Shown piece by piece: positions 62,909-64,000 of a stretch of DNA of 64,000 bases; within the stretch, counting starts at the first letter, position 1, and every line of letters starts with the position of its first letter. The stretch comes from Lingula anatina (taxonomy: Eukaryota > Animalia > Brachiopoda). A model generated the notes under the pieces. It saw only the letters and a program-made list of their open reading frames with translations. It did no database searches and was not told the DNA's origin. The translations under genes and the position numbers were made by a program. The stretch spans positions 12,376,651-12,440,650 of the forward strand of contig CM120647.1 in the NCBI GenBank assembly GCA_051362555.1, written 5' to 3'.

Positions 62909-63304
62909 ACTCACTCTCATCTTACCTTTTCTCACTCCCTACAGGAATATCCTCTCCAGCACGAAAACACCAACTCTATGTACCCCTAGATATGTCAGTA
63001 TCCACATATATACATCCAGCTCGGCCCACTCGACATTCCTTCCCCAGACTATAACACACTGGAAGCTCAGTGGAAAGCTCTAAGCTGTAAGGTGCATTAA
63101 TGTAGTTACTAAAACCCTCATGCTGCTTATGACAGCTCAGTGTGCGGCCAGCCATTTAATTAGGGGGAGGGGGAAGGGAAAGTGGTGATAAAGTGGTCAT
63201 GTTTCATGGGGAAGGAGAGAGGGGGAAAGGGCAGAGAAGGATGAGAAGTTGTGTGCAAGAGAAAGTGAATGAGAAAGAGATAGCATGCATATGTGACAAG
63301 GCCT

Positions 63305-63334
63305 ATGTGTGTGTGTTTGCATCTGTGTGTGTGT

Positions 63335-63371
<37 letters not shown>

Positions 63372-63377
63372 CATGTA

Positions 63378-63433
<56 letters not shown>

Positions 63434-63521
63434 GGAATCAGAGGAAGGCAGATGTAGAAAACTGGCCGAGTTGACTACATGTGTGGATTATACAAATATC
63501 AAACATCCATCTGGTGAAGAC

Positions 63522-63578
<57 letters not shown>

Positions 63579-63580
63579 GT
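63305..63580. repeat. (GT)n/(GA)n/(TC)n/(CA)n microsatellite cluster
   Basis: Read directly. Confidence 0.9.
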
Positions 63581-64000
63581 ATATATAAAATAGCCCACTA
63601 ACAAGAAAGGCTCACTGAACACACCCTATCCTGCTGAGGCTGACAAAGGCAGTTCAGTCCCAGCTAGTGAAGTAATGGGTTTAATTGTGGTGGCCCCCAC
63701 TGTGAGGGGGAGGAGAGGCTACTGGCAGGTCAATGGGGGATTAAGGTGTATCCCACTGGTAACAAGGCCTTAATGGAGCCAACACAGGGGAGGGAGGAAG
63801 GGGAGTATGGTACAGTTAATGTGTACTGTTAAATAGTTAATTTATCATTTTTAAAGAGACTCAACATGGCTTTACCTGAAAAAGCCATGATATCGACTCT
63901 TCATCAGTGATGAGGGTATTTAATTCACTGTTTTCATAGATTGTTTTATTTATTTTTGAGAATATTTCAGAGAAAGATGTGGAATGTGAAATGGAAGTCA

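Overview
AT-rich, intron-containing eukaryotic (animal) DNA. The hemerythrin sequences closely resemble the alpha and beta chains of lingulid brachiopods (Lingula-type), so a lingulid or close relative is inferred. Left to right: (1) 0.6-5.2 kb, a degenerate Kolobok DNA transposon (TTAA TSD, KolX/P2X7-ballast-like gene, THAP transposase remnant) with a nested Tc1/mariner element. (2) 7.3-28.4 kb, six intact 4-exon hemerythrin genes, missed by the ORF track, arranged as three head-to-head alpha/beta pairs. All six share a TATA+initiator module, and each has a CTCF-like 14-mer 19-20 nt after the stop codon, so each pair is bracketed by convergently oriented motifs. (3) 32.8-46.4 kb, a 7-exon GT4 glycosyltransferase of bacterial character (horizontal-transfer candidate) whose 9.3-kb first coding intron hosts an inverted pair of intronless TRIM-NHL genes, one frameshifted. 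(4) 48.5-52.2 kb, a sulfotransferase-fold gene with degenerate PAPS motifs. (5) Many MITEs, a LINE fragment, a Penelope remnant with a hammerhead ribozyme, and microsatellites. Exon coordinates were derived by hand from splice signals and reading frame; family assignments rest on motif recognition, not database searches.
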